Below, piece by piece: positions 23,722 through 36,435 of a stretch of DNA of 64,000 nt; position 1 is the first letter of the stretch; every line of letters begins with the position of its first letter. The notes under the pieces were generated by a model. It was not told the origin of the DNA and ran no database searches. It worked only from the letters and a program-made list of their open reading frames with translations. The stretch spans positions 39,804,001-39,868,000 of the forward strand of contig NW_024704745.1 in assembly GCF_018977255.1 (NCBI RefSeq). Direction: 5' to 3'. This stretch comes from Callorhinchus milii. Taxonomy: Eukaryota. The position numbers and the translations under genes are program-made.

Positions 23722-23763
23722 ATATATATATATACATAAATTTTATATATATATTATATATAT
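23722..23763. repeat. (TA)n microsatellite, interrupted
   Basis: Read directly. Confidence 0.85.
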
Positions 23764-25351
23764 CAAAACAAAATGCAAAAGTATTAACTTTGAAATTGTA
23801 CTCAAGAGCTCATCCTAGATAAAATGGATCAAATCTCCAGCCTTCCTTTGTTTGATTCCTGAGACACATTAATGCTCAAAGTTTTGACAGTCAGGTACTT
23901 TAGGCCCTGAATCTTCATCAAATGCTCACAAAACTCCAAACTCAAGGTTTTACTAGTCAGAAAATATGGAGTTCTGAACTAATACTAAATGCTTCCCCAT
24001 ATGGTCTCCTTGACAATGGCAATGAATTTCCTCGGACAATCCAGCCATATTGATGAATAGCACAATACTTCCTTCTTATCAGCCAAGTTTCCTGGCTGCT
24101 GGTAACACTTTCATTCTTGTGCACCTAATGATGTTTTATTTCTGATAAGATAATTTCACTGACATCATTATACTGTATCACTAATTTAACATTTTTATAA
24201 ACATAACCCCAGACTATTTTATGTAAACCATAATTACAAGGGAAAGTTTGTTTTTTGCTGCTATTCAAGTGAATCACTATTCAAGATTTGGTAGGATTAC
24301 ATTTTGGGGTTTGTTCTGACTATATATCATAAAAGTCATGAATGATTGGGGCTGAATCACTAAGGTACATGAGGAATCCCTCATTAGTATTATGATAAAC
24401 ATGTAGATGTTTGACTTGGGCATGTGGCTTGGGGCAGCTTCACTGAGCTACTATTATATTACATGCAATTTAATGTTTGACAAAAAATACTTAAAACTGA
24501 CCAGTGGTATCAGTGGCTTGTACTTTGTATAATTCTTTATAATTCCTGTTGGGGCCCAAGAAATTGCTGTAGCATAAACTACTGGATAGATACATTTCTA
24601 ATCAACCATAAAGTTAAACTCAAGAAACCATGACAACTCATAAAAACTGCTCAGTCAAAGCCCTACAGGGCCATAATTTGACAATATTCCCTGATGCCAA
24701 CGAGTTCACATACACACCTATTAAACCATCGAGGCCCTGGTCAGGAAAAGCAGTCTGAAAATGGAAATGCCTCATGAGTCATGACAGTGACGTTGATGTA
24801 TAAGTGCCCTTCCCAAAGTCAATGTGACTTCTTTCATCTCCAACATACATTTCAATTGTTTCAGCACAGCAGTGTTTTACTGAAGGGTTTCAGGCAGATC
24901 ATTGCCTCTGTAAAATTTACTGACTTTTTGCTGAGTTCACTGCTGAAAGCTCTGTTCACAATGAAAATTGAACTTCTAGCTGATGTCCTGAGGTAAAACT
25001 ATTCTTTTACTTCAGGATGTCAGTCATTTAAAATGAAAATACCATGCATGTTGGATATTACCTTTTGTTTCTTAGCTCTTTCAGGAATGAAGCAATTTGT
25101 AATTTCAGAGAAAGAAATACATTTTCCATTCCAATTTTTTTCTTGGAAACATATTTTGTATGAAACATAGTTATAACTATATATAAGACACCGGGTCCAA
25201 TTCCCTCATAGGCTCAGTGGCACAGAAAGCAAACACCTGACAGAGAAAACTAAGTATTGCTGTCTGTTTGCTAGTCAGTGCCTGAACATTGCACAGAGTG
25301 AGTAGTACTGTTGGCAATTTGGGATTGAACTTCAGCCTAGTATTAGCTGTA

Positions 25352-25438
25352 CATTCGCCCACAAAATATACCGTCAATTCACTTTGAGAGACATCTCAAA
25401 GACGCCCTATATCAAATGCAAGGATTATTATTATTATA
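25352..25438 (+). mobile_element. SINE 3' fragment
   Basis: ttcgcccacaaaatata...gagacatctcaaagacg..ctatatcaaatgcaagg(att)n. Confidence 0.8.
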
Positions 25439-25664
25439 AGTTATACTTATCCACATCAGGCCAGCAGTCTTTCAGAATGAAGTTCTGAATGAAAATGATT
25501 TGGAAGAAAGAACAAACTCTATGGCAAGATGGCAACAAATATTAACACAGATGAACAGTACTTCTATGTGTACTCAATTATGTATCCCATAGAAGCAAAA
25601 ATATGAATTGGCTGTACTATTCGGTGAAGTCTGCCAACGTTTTGTTAACTTTATCTTCTTTTAC

Positions 25665-26257
25665 TAAGAACATAAGAACGTAAGAAATGCTAGATGAAAA
25701 AATGACCAAGGTCCATCTAATTCGCCTTCCACCTTCCAGAAGAACTGTACACAATACTCTAAGTATGGTCACAAGCACATATGTCCCAAACTACCTATGG
25801 ACTATATCCCATGATGTTACTTCCTAAAAGAAAACTATCTAATCTGTGCTTGAAGGAATCAACACCTGCCTAGGAACACTTACCCGTCTTCCCTAGAGAG
25901 CCTGTTCCACAGGTTTACTATTCGTTCACTGAAATAGTGTTGCTGTAGATTCGTTCTGAATTTAATCCTCTGGTTTTACTATTCTGGACGAGTTTAAACA
26001 GTCTGTCATGATCTATATTGCCTTTAGAATCTTAAAGACAGTAATCATGTCGCCTCTCATTCTTCTCTTTTCCAGTGTGAACATGCCCACTTTACTTAGT
26101 CGTTCCTCATAGTCCAATCCTTCATTCCCTCAATCATTTTGGTTGCCCTCCTCTGTATCCTTTCGATTTCTCCCATATCCTTTTTTGTATTGCGGTGACA
26201 AGAGCTGTACACAGTACTCTAAGTATGGTCTCACCAATGATTTGTACAGTGGCAGAT
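25665..26257 (-). mobile_element. CR1 LINE 3' fragment
   Basis: Minus translation LPLYKSLVRPYLEYCVQL..P...ERIQRRATKMI; tail (CTTATGTT)n. Confidence 0.88.
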
Positions 26258-28324
26258 TACCCCACTATTTGGGCTCGCTATTGATCTATTGATAAATTAT
26301 TGTGCCAGGCAACTGGGTTGCTTCTAGATTTTGGCTGCTACTGCTTTTCCAGCTAGTTAAGCAAAATCACTGGCTATTTTTCTCCCAAAAGATGCACAGG
26401 CATTTAACTGAGTCTACATTTTATAGCACAAATCTGAATGAAATTATTTAAATGTGCTAGAAAAACATCACTTCAGTATTCATACATAACAGATAAGCAA
26501 ATTCAACACTATTGTAAAAATGTAACCGATTACCAGTCATGTTATCAGCTTTAAATTTATTTAATCATTTAAATAGTAAGAACCCTTGTATATGATTATA
26601 TCTGGACATAGTCTCAAAGATGTAATGTGATAAGGCACTATATCAGGTGTAAGGAATATTATAATTATTATTTACTGCAAAGTGTAGTGGTTCTGTATTG
26701 TGCAGGCGAACTTTGTATTTGTAACACACTCACTATGATTAATATTCACAAGAATATAAGGTAACACTGAGCATCAGTAAGTCATTGGGATTTTACAATT
26801 TTCAGGAATAAGCATCAAAATTGCATATATTTAAAGATAAAGGTAGCAGTGAGTTACAGGCAGCATTCTGAATCTTGAGAATCAAGACATTTATGTAAAA
26901 TATCCCCAGGGCCACACTCTTGGCTTAAGATTTACATTGTCTCTTCACCTATCCTTTAATCTTTGCACAGTTCAGTTAAATCAAAAAAAAGTGAACAATT
27001 AGAAAAGTGTCCATTTCCTTTCAAGCCAAATTAGTGCCCAAACTAAACATTTTAAAATCCCCAAACATTAATAATTAACAGACAAGAAAATGTGTTGTAA
27101 TTTCTACATTTCTCAGCTTCCCCTTCTGCATAGTGTGTCAATTCTAGTTTCTCTAACTCTTCGTGGATGTCTTGTGCAGCTCTGCTGTATCAACCTTATG
27201 CTTCAATAAACAACACAATCATGACAAATCATCAAAGCAAAGCCTAAGATATGACCCTGATAGCAGAGAGCTGCAATTTAATGAAGACAAAAGCTAGGTG
27301 AAAGCTGCTAATATCATTTCCTGATAAACACGGTTTCTCACAAGGCATCCAACTCATTCCCTGGAGGAACCATAAACCTGCATAATTCCATGTAAAATAT
27401 TGTACAATCCACTAAATTAGTCTTAGAACATCCTTACTGTCCAATTAGAAAGCGCCTCTATGCAGAAATAATGTTTTTTTTTCAAACAGAAAGCAGGTAT
27501 GAGGTCTTAACCAACTCATAACAAACATTGAAATTAGCTTCATATTTGTGAGTGAAAGCCACATATTTTCACAGGTTCAGCAGCCTGTTACAACAAAAAC
27601 ATGGTGCGCCGACTGAGGAGATAGCAGGAGATTCATCTTTGCCTTAGTTATTTTTACAAGGTAGTTGCTGTGCATTAGCTTTAGGATAAATCATAATGTT
27701 GCATTGTTTTGAATTTCTAAGCTATTCAGCTTTTTTAAAAACCTAGCAATCACTGATGGTATAAACAAGGAAGGGAACAGAAAGGCCATTTAAGCCATCC
27801 TCTCACAGGCAGAAAAAGGGAGGTTTAAGGAAAGAATATTTATCTCTGTTAAGCGTCACAAGCTGCATTATTAAAGTCATTTGTCATGGTTTGAATTTTT
27901 GTACCCGATTCGCCATTAAACGGGAACTCTAATTACCCAACTTTGTCATGGGAAACAGTCAGGCAGCTTCTCTCCTGGTAAACTTTATTTCTTCAATTAC
28001 AGCAGCTTTATTTTTGTCACCACTTCAGCCAAAGAAGAATCACTAGAGAGCCACAAATCTGAATATGATAATTATAGTGATGGTGTCCTCTTGTTTGCAA
28101 TCCTATTTAAGATGCAGAGCATCACAAATCAAAAGTACTCAATGTAACTCTTAATCCACTGGCCCCACAATACAAAATTCATACTATACACAACCAGTGG
28201 TCTTTGATGTCAACATGAGTCTGGTTGAGGTAACTATAACATTTATTATAAAAAGGTTCTTTTTAAAGCTATCCCTTTTATGCAGAGAAACTGAAAAGGG
28301 CAATCACACAATTGCACAAAGCAG

Positions 28325-28827
28325 TTTCAAGCCCTCTTATACAATGAGTTACTTTGAACTGTAGTGACTGTTGCTGTGCAAACAGTATGGCAGGTAATCA
28401 ATTGACTTAAACATCAATGAGGAGGGAATGTGATTGGGAAAGAAACTTTGGCCAAGGTACCAGCAGAATATTCTGATCTCTTTTGAAATAGTGCCAGGGA
28501 CACAGTGACAGGACTTCAGATCAAATTCTTACCTGACAAAAGGCAGGTTTAACAACACAGTTTTACCTCAGAAATGCACTGATGTATCTGCCTAGATTTG
28601 AAATTCAAGACCTGGTGTTGGGTTCAACCCCACACATTTCTACTTCAAATGTGAGTGACCCAAACGGGGAGGACAAATTTGCAAGGCTATAGGGAGAGAG
28701 TGGGGGGAGTTAGATTAATTTGGGTAGCTCTTTCAAGAGCTGGCATGGGCACGATGGGCTGAATAGCCTCCTTCTGTGCTGTGTAATTCTATGATTCACT
28801 GAAATGTAGCTGAACCAAACTGACACA
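28325..28827 (-). mobile_element. Old Deu-domain SINE interrupted by a CR1 end
   Basis: ttggccaaggtaccag...tttgaaatagtgcca core; the head resumes after 28797 (ctgaaccaaactgacac). Confidence 0.6.
28660..28797 (+). mobile_element. CR1 3' end
   Basis: ggctatagggagagagtggggg...gatgggctgaatagcctccttctgtgctgtgtaATTCTATGATTC. Confidence 0.8.
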
Positions 28828-29354
28828 GTTTCAAGCAAATGTGAAATTTTATCTTCTAATTATAAGAATGTACTATTATAAGTATACATATTTTAACATT
28901 ATTACCAGTTATTAAAATGAAAGAACTTTTGAAGAGAATATAACTTAATGTTGATCTTACTGCAGAGCAGCACTGTGATCACTGCATGCTGTCAGCTAGC
29001 AGGACCATGCTGGTGATTATGAGGTAGGAAAGGGTTAAGCAAAACACTTCAATTATGCTCGTGTGAAAACTCATATTTCATTACCCTGGAACCTGTCTAT
29101 AATGGTTGCCTTTGGGACTGACTTCAGATGGTCATCTAATAAAGAAACTGTGTGCCTGGGATAGGCACATGCGACTATAGGAATCCTTGAAGAATAATAA
29201 ACTGGTATTATAAGTAAAACCTAACTCGTTTCAGTCTCCCGCTGACGCAGATTCACGATATGAATATTCACTATTTGAATAGTGTCGTGTGGCACTGTAT
29301 AGCATCATTACAAACAGCATATTTTACACAGTGTCACTGTGTACAAAAACAAAA

Positions 29355-29560
29355 AGATGCATTTGCTATGGAGCCTTTCACATCAGGAGGACGTCTCAAA
29401 GTGCTTCAAAGGATGTACTGTAAAGTCTAGTGACTGGGTCTTTCGAAGGTGAACATGGCCGCCAACTTCACAAAGACCTATGAAGTGAATGACCATTTTT
29501 TTATGTGGGAGATTGTTGGCCAGGGCATTGGGAGAAACTCCATTATCTCTTCAAATATTA
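29355..29560 (-). mobile_element. Deu-domain SINE 3' fragment
   Basis: Tail stem-loop (cctttcacatcaggaggacgtctcaaagtgct) and gttggccagggcattgggagaaactcc. Confidence 0.7.
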
Positions 29561-32554
29561 GCAGAGAACTGATCATTGCATGCATTTGCATTTGCCTTAC
29601 AAACTGAATTGGTGTTAACAGAAAGAAAGGAATTTTCAAGCACTTCAGTATTGCTTTAGTACAGCTTTGGTATTGTGCCTCAAATTCCTGATTATTGTGT
29701 TCCTTGAATGATATTTGTATGTGGACACTGCCTACTACAGGATGTCTTAACTCTCAATTTAGTTTTAATCTCTGTTTGAATTCTAATAGGCATAAGAATG
29801 TCTCAGGCAGATTTAAGTTATTTTTAATAGGGCACAGGTTGCATGAAAAAGTATTTCACAAACTTTTTTGTTTAGGAGGGAGCACTGGTTTAATAACATA
29901 AAAATGATGCCTTAAACGTTCTTGTGTAATCAACTGAACTACCCAATACATTTTAGGGATTCATTTCTGAATGAATTCTGAAATAATTTCCAACACTTGC
30001 ATTTATAACGATAATAATCTTTGCATTTCATATAGAGTTTTATCGGGTGAGCGAGACATTTCAAAATGCTTCATAGGATATTATTCTGAAGTGTAGTGAC
30101 TATATATTTGTAGGCAAATAAATATTTATATTGCAGAGGTGTGAATTGATGTGCTGAACCAATACAGCTAAATGTTAGTACCACATCACCACTCAAAGTG
30201 CATTAGAATGCGTTGTTTCCTATGCTTAATACTGTAAGTGAGTAATATTTCGCAAAGAATATTTTGTACACCATTGCTATATCCTAAAATGTACAGATAA
30301 AAGGCACCAAGGAACAGTACATGTTTTTGTTTGTACCTAATAAGCTGATAAGTATTTATTTGCCAATAAGTATTTGTGGTAAATAAATCTGCACAAAGTG
30401 AGACAAGGACCAAAGCTGAGTGTGAATGATTAGCAAAACTAATGTAACAATGATCAGCAAAGGTGCCTGTCTTTTTGAAAGTAAATGGATGGTCATTAAA
30501 CATTTTACGGGTAGAACTTCCATCTGGATCTAGATTCACTCTATTTATGCAGCATTTCAGATCATACAGAAGTTGGCAAATTCTTAAATATAGCCTTGAT
30601 TTTGAACAGAAAACTGGCTACAAAGTTAAGACTGAAATCCACAATTTGCCAAATTCAGCTAAAATAGGCTACATTTTAAACCTCTAAAATAATCAGCCTA
30701 TATTTGCAATTCTGATTGACAATTTTTCCTTTCATTTTATCCATCATAATATTTGTTCCATTTAAAAAAAGCTTTGCAGCACTAATATGTACAAAGTGTG
30801 TGAAATGACTATGAATGCGCTACATGAAATTACAGTAGAGTTTTTTTTATTACTGAAGACTTTGAAATGATATCCAGACAGAAGTTTCAATGAAGTTGTG
30901 ATGGTCTCATATATAAATGATGAATCTTTTAGTGCCTCCTAATATAACCAACTTTGGTACGATGAATGGTCTCCTATGCTACGTTTATGCTGCATACTTG
31001 GCAACGAATCGCTGTGAGTTTGAAAGCAATTAGCTGCAAAAGGTGCATAAATTATAAAAATTGAATGAAGTTATTGTGTTATGATCCCAGGAGTCCTTAG
31101 CCTGGGACAGATGTATCCTGTGTGAACTAATGTACTGAGATAGTTTAGTGTTCGAATAGATATTATGAGCTCAAGTCTTAGTGTGGGGTTTGAACCCACA
31201 TTCTTGTTATTCAGTGGTGAGTTGACTGAGTCAAACATACACCCAAAACACATTATAGAACACTGGATAAGTGTTGTGGGACGATACCCTGCCTGAAGTG
31301 CGCTCATAAATGCAAGTTGTTGCTGGTGGTGGGTAGTGATGGTGGTGGGGAAAGTCCTGTATTTTACCAATACATAGTGTAGTAGATATTGGTGCAGCAC
31401 TAAAACCATTCACAATTTATTTTACAGGTAACTTTGTGCCAGAGGCACATTGGTTGTTCAGGGTTAATATTTTGAATGGGAAAGTATCACAATAAATATA
31501 GTTACTAAGTTCTAAAGAATACCTGTGAAACTAAATGTACATGTGAATTTGTTGTAAGATGCACGTGGCTAAATTGTCGTGATCGATGATGACAGTGGAA
31601 TTGTAATATTGTTCTGCTATCATATATGGGCCTGAGGGGGAAAACACTTTTTATTTTCCAACTGAATTTGTATTTAAACTACACATTCAAGCAATTTGTT
31701 AAGTTATTCTTTCTATCTGGATTGTTTAAAATGTCTGCTAAGGTAAAACAGAATAAAAATTGCTGTACTGAAAATGTTGATACTGTACTTAAAGGTTTAA
31801 TAAGTTAAATCTATTTGTTATATAAAATCACTGTTACAATTTTACAAAGGGGCATGGGGGGGCTTACATAAGGATAAAGAGGGTTTCAAAGCACTGGATG
31901 GACCTCGTTTCTATGTTTCCAACTCATGCAAAACACGTAAACCTATTACATTTCACTCTGTCAGTAGGACTCACTCACAACTGCAATGTATCTTACACAT
32001 CTCTGGGGAGAAATTCCTTCCGGTTCTGGATTTCGTCTATTTACGTAGCATTCATTTCAGAGTATCCAGCATTTGACAAATTCTTAACTAAAGACTTAAT
32101 ATAATTGTAAAGTTGTTTATCCTGTGTGTTCTTTCATAAAGTGCAGAAAATTGGCTTCAAAGACGAAATTCAACAATTTGTTTCATTGTTGACTGTCTAT
32201 CATGCAACTTTAAAAATATATCTAGATCCATTTGGAATTTCTCCCCACAAATCTGCTGAAGAACATTGTTGTTTCCCATGGTTTCCTGTTTTGATAATTT
32301 ACTCTTTGAAAGCAATCTTGTGTTCTTCATTTTAAATGTACTATAAATGGTCACATGTACTGCTGCTGATACATGGGATACTAACATTTTTGAAATTGTT
32401 AAAAGAAAACTATACAGAGCTATACCTAAACTATACCTAACTCATTTTATCATTTTATCATTGAATAAGTTTAAAGTATCTTGATTTCTTCTGTGACATT
32501 TTCCCATCCATTACTCTCCTGTAGGAATTGATTTCTTCCAAAGATAACAATCAA

Positions 32555-32885
32555 TCTTCACATTTGATATAGCATTACATCAAACCATCTCAAAGCTCTT
32601 CACAGTTTACCGTGAACTTTAGTGACTGCACTTGTAGGTAAACAAAGCAGCCAATTTGTACACAGCAATGTCCCACAAACAATCATAAAGTGAATGACCA
32701 ATCTTTTACACAGGGAAGTATTGACCAGGACACCAGGAGAAACTCTCTTTTGAATAGTTTCAAAGAATTCTTAATATCCACTTGAATAGGCAGATGGGAC
32801 CTTGGTTTAATGTGTCCTCTGAAGGATGGCATCTCTGAGAAGATAGCATTCCCCCAGTACTGCACTGGAATGTCAGCCTGGACCG
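32555..32885 (-). mobile_element. Deu-domain SINE
   Basis: Well-preserved core: ccaggacaccaggagaaactc...ggcagatgggaccttggtttaatgt..cct.tgaaggatggca...cagtactgcactgg. Confidence 0.8.
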
Positions 32886-33054
32886 TGAGGCTGTGAGGTA
32901 AGGTTCCGTTAATGTCTGTTGCCAATTCTCATGCTCCAACTACCACTCTGGTTGAATATATCCTGTGAAGCTTTGAGACGTCCTCCTGGCGTGAAAGGCC
33001 CTATATGAAATGTAAAGATTATTATTATTATTGTACCTATAATTTAACAGGCAC

Positions 33055-34320
33055 TATCATAAAACAATTAGCACCCTTCTGCAGGGTAGCATCTCAGAGC
33101 GCTTAATGATGGTGGAGCCTGACACCGAGCGGAGGGGAGGGAAGAGGTGACTGTAAACATGGTTGAAGAGGAAGGTCTTCAGACATGATCTGAAAATGGA
33201 GAAGGAGGGGCCAAGCCAGAGAGATTGAGGAAAAGAGTTGCAAAGTTGCTGAAAGCACATCTGCCGATGGTAGAGCAGAGGGGATGAGGGATAAGTTGAG
33301 CAGAAGCGCCAAGGGGTAGAGTAGGGATTAAGCAAGTTGGAGAGGTAAGGAGCTGCCAGAGCATGAAGGAATTTGTGTGAAGTGTGAGGATCTTGAAGTC
33401 AATCCATTTGGTGATAGGAAGCCAGTGAAGCCTGGCAACGACTGGTGTGATGTGGGTATGAAGTTTAGAGAGGGTAAGTATGTGAGCTTTCAATTAGTTT
33501 GATTTTGTGGATAGTGGAGCTGGGGAGACCAGCGAGGAGGGCATTGGAATAGTCGAGGCAGGAGATGACGAAAGTGGTTCAGGATTTTGGCTACGTTGGG
33601 TTTGAGGCATGTTCGGAGGCGGGAAATGTGACTGACCTGATACTTAGATACGTACAGTTTCAGTAAGTCTTAGGGAAAGGCCAGAGAGGTTGAGGAGGTC
33701 AGAGCCTCAGGAGAGATGACATTGCTTGGAGTTAAGGAGCATGGCTTCTGCGTTGATGACATTCAACTGACAGAGATTTGCGCACATTTGACAAACAAGC
33801 TGACAGGACATCAGCAGATCTGGATTGTAGCTAAAGGAGGAGCAGTAGATTTGTGTGTCATATAAGTGGACGTTGCCCCCGGTGTCTGCGAATGACATCG
33901 CTGAGAGGGAGCATACAGATTAGGAAAAGAAGGGGACCGAGGAGGGGGGCCAGGTGACCGGACGGGGGAAGGAAGGAAAAAATGTTTGCAGAGACAAAGT
34001 TATGGCGGTTGATTAAATAAGACTCAAACCAGATGGATGCGGACCCACTAAGGTGAATGAGGGAGGAGAGGTGGTGGAGAAGCATGGCATGGTCGACTAT
34101 GTTGAACGCAGTGGAGAGATTCAGGAGTACGAGGAGGCAGAGGGTGCCCTGGTCACAGAGCGAGAGGACTTTGATGAGCGCTGTCTCTGTGATGTGGGCA
34201 GGGTCGAATCCAGACTGGAGGAGTTCGAGTGGGGAGTGGAGGGAGAGATGTGGGGGAAGTTGATTTGCAACAATGCGTTGCAGAACTTTAGCAAGGAAAG
34301 GCAAGTTAGAAATGGACAGG
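33055..34320 (-). mobile_element. Degenerate L2 LINE (RT + 3' end)
   Basis: ISNLPFLAKVLQRIVANQL, QSGF.PAH.TETALIKV, NLSTAFNIVDH, LGPLLFLI, HITPVVARLHWLPI; type-1 tail. Confidence 0.92.
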
Positions 34321-35346
34321 GATTTTTCCAAAATTATTCCTTTCTCTCACCCCACTTAGCAACCCTAACAAATTAATATTGAAACTAGCTGAAAATATAT
34401 CAAGTGGAAACAAATAGGTTTAATTTATAACAAGTGCATTCAGGTTAATTAACAGACAGAAGGTTTTGTGTTTAAACAAGGCTCCCTGATGCTATACATG
34501 CAGGTGCTGTTAAGGGCCAATTGAGCTCTATAGGATAATTACCAAACGCCTTTGCGCTCTTCAATTTGTTAACAAAGTGCAGGCTGTAATTTGCCTAAAC
34601 CCATAAACCATCATGTGTGATCCGGTGCAGCAATTAAGTGAAAACATCTTCTCATCAGAGATTCCTGGGAACAAAGATGTACAATAATATTTAAGAAGCC
34701 AGATGGATGTTCAGAACGCTGTTGTTTTTGACAGCTGTGATACAGCTTAATTGCACATAAAGCACAACAAGAACATATAAACAGAGCTTCCCACCTCCAT
34801 ACCTACAAAATTGCCCATTTTTTTTTGCTTTTCTGTTTTGGATTTGAATGGAATCTGGAAATCCTGACATATCTGAAAGCAAACATCAGGAAAGATCTTA
34901 GTGTTATTAAATTCATTCCGTGTGAAACTACTATGGAGCTTATTTTATATTAAGTAATACCCTTGCTTTTATCTTCCTTTCATATAACTAATATATATGT
35001 TCAAATCTTTGAAATTGTGAATTGTGCATTACATAATGTATGGTCTCTACTAGTAAGCCACTGCAAATGGCAAGGTAATAGCAAGAGCTGTGAATACATT
35101 TAGAAGCAGGTTTGAATTAAATGAACAGTCTTAAATACCAAATGATTTTATTAGCATTTTCTCTTTTTGTAAACATATTCCTGGTCTATTCCAAATATAG
35201 AATTTTGGTGAAGTGGAATTTGGTGAAGTGGAATTGTTTTCCATTCACTCCTATTGCATTTAAAACATCATTCAAGCACACCAGTTCAAAATTATATTCT
35301 GATTCTGGCATTGCAGATTAGCAGTGTTTTTCTTAAATAAGTGCTC

Positions 35347-35567
35347 AGTGCTATTCTGCGCCTTTTGATAAGTTTAGAAAATTTGTCCCTGTGTGGTTAC
35401 AAAGAGTGTAATGCAATTTTAAATTTTAAATTACATATGGTTACATTTTTTGAAATTGCATTACATGTATTTATAAGTGCACAGGGACATATTTGCTGAA
35501 CTTCCTGAACAGAGTTTGCCCAGAGGAGCAAATTCACTGCATGGAATGCTCGGAGCAGAATAACCCC
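35347..35567. mobile_element. Palindromic MITE (PIF/Harbinger-like)
   Basis: Ends tattctgc / gcagaataacccc; inner arms tgtccctgtg...tgtaatgcaattt / aaattgcattaca...cacagggaca. Confidence 0.6.
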
Positions 35568-36060
35568 CTACATGCTGTTCATTGAGTAGAATTTCACGAC
35601 ATTAAACACCACCCTGGACACTATTTAATTACTCTTTTTCTTAATGAATAATTAAAAAGATATTGCATTTTCAAGATATCCAGAAAAATATTTCTGTGAG
35701 AATTCCAAGGAGAAGGTGTTTAAATCAAATGTCATTGTGCATTCAATATACATATTGGGATTTATTTATTTACTATTGTTTATTGTGCCTTGTGTTAATT
35801 TTCTGTTGCTTGATGATGAATAGGTCTACAGATTTAGCTTTATTTTATCTGAGGTTCACATCTTCAGAAAAAGCATTTTAAATCACAGTTGGTCATAGAT
35901 GGTGCGATTTATATCTCATGACATTATGCGTTTTGATGAGTGACACAAGTTGAATACAAGCTGACTGCCCATCAAATATTCCATTTATACTACACTTTAG
36001 ATAAGTAATTCAAATGAGAATGATAAAAGTTAAATGTGAGTTTAACCCTTGAACTGCACT

Positions 36061-36435
36061 GGAATCCTGTAGCTCAGTGGTTAGAGCACTCGCCTCGCAA
36101 GCGAGAGGAGCTGGGTTTGATTCCTGGCAGAGCAAAATGTTGGGCATGTTTCCTTACTCCACCCGCCTCTGTTTACCTAGCAATAAGTAGTAACCTGGTT
36201 GTTAATCGATTGGCGGATCGCTTTTCTGTGGCAATAATCCCTTCAAAAAAAAATAACAAATTGGTCACTCAATCCATGACTGTTTGTGGGACACTGCTGT
36301 GTGCAATTGGCTGCTGCGTTTTGCCCACAAAATATATTAGTCTTTCCACTTTGCAGTATATTCTGTGAAGCGCTTTGAGACATCTCAAAGACATGATAAG
36401 GCACTATATCAAATGCAAGGAATATTATTATATAT
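36061..36435 (+). mobile_element. tRNA-Ala-headed SINE, long form
   Basis: A box TAGCTCAGTGG, degenerate B box, Meta-like segment, 3' Deu segment, L2 tail. Confidence 0.9.
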
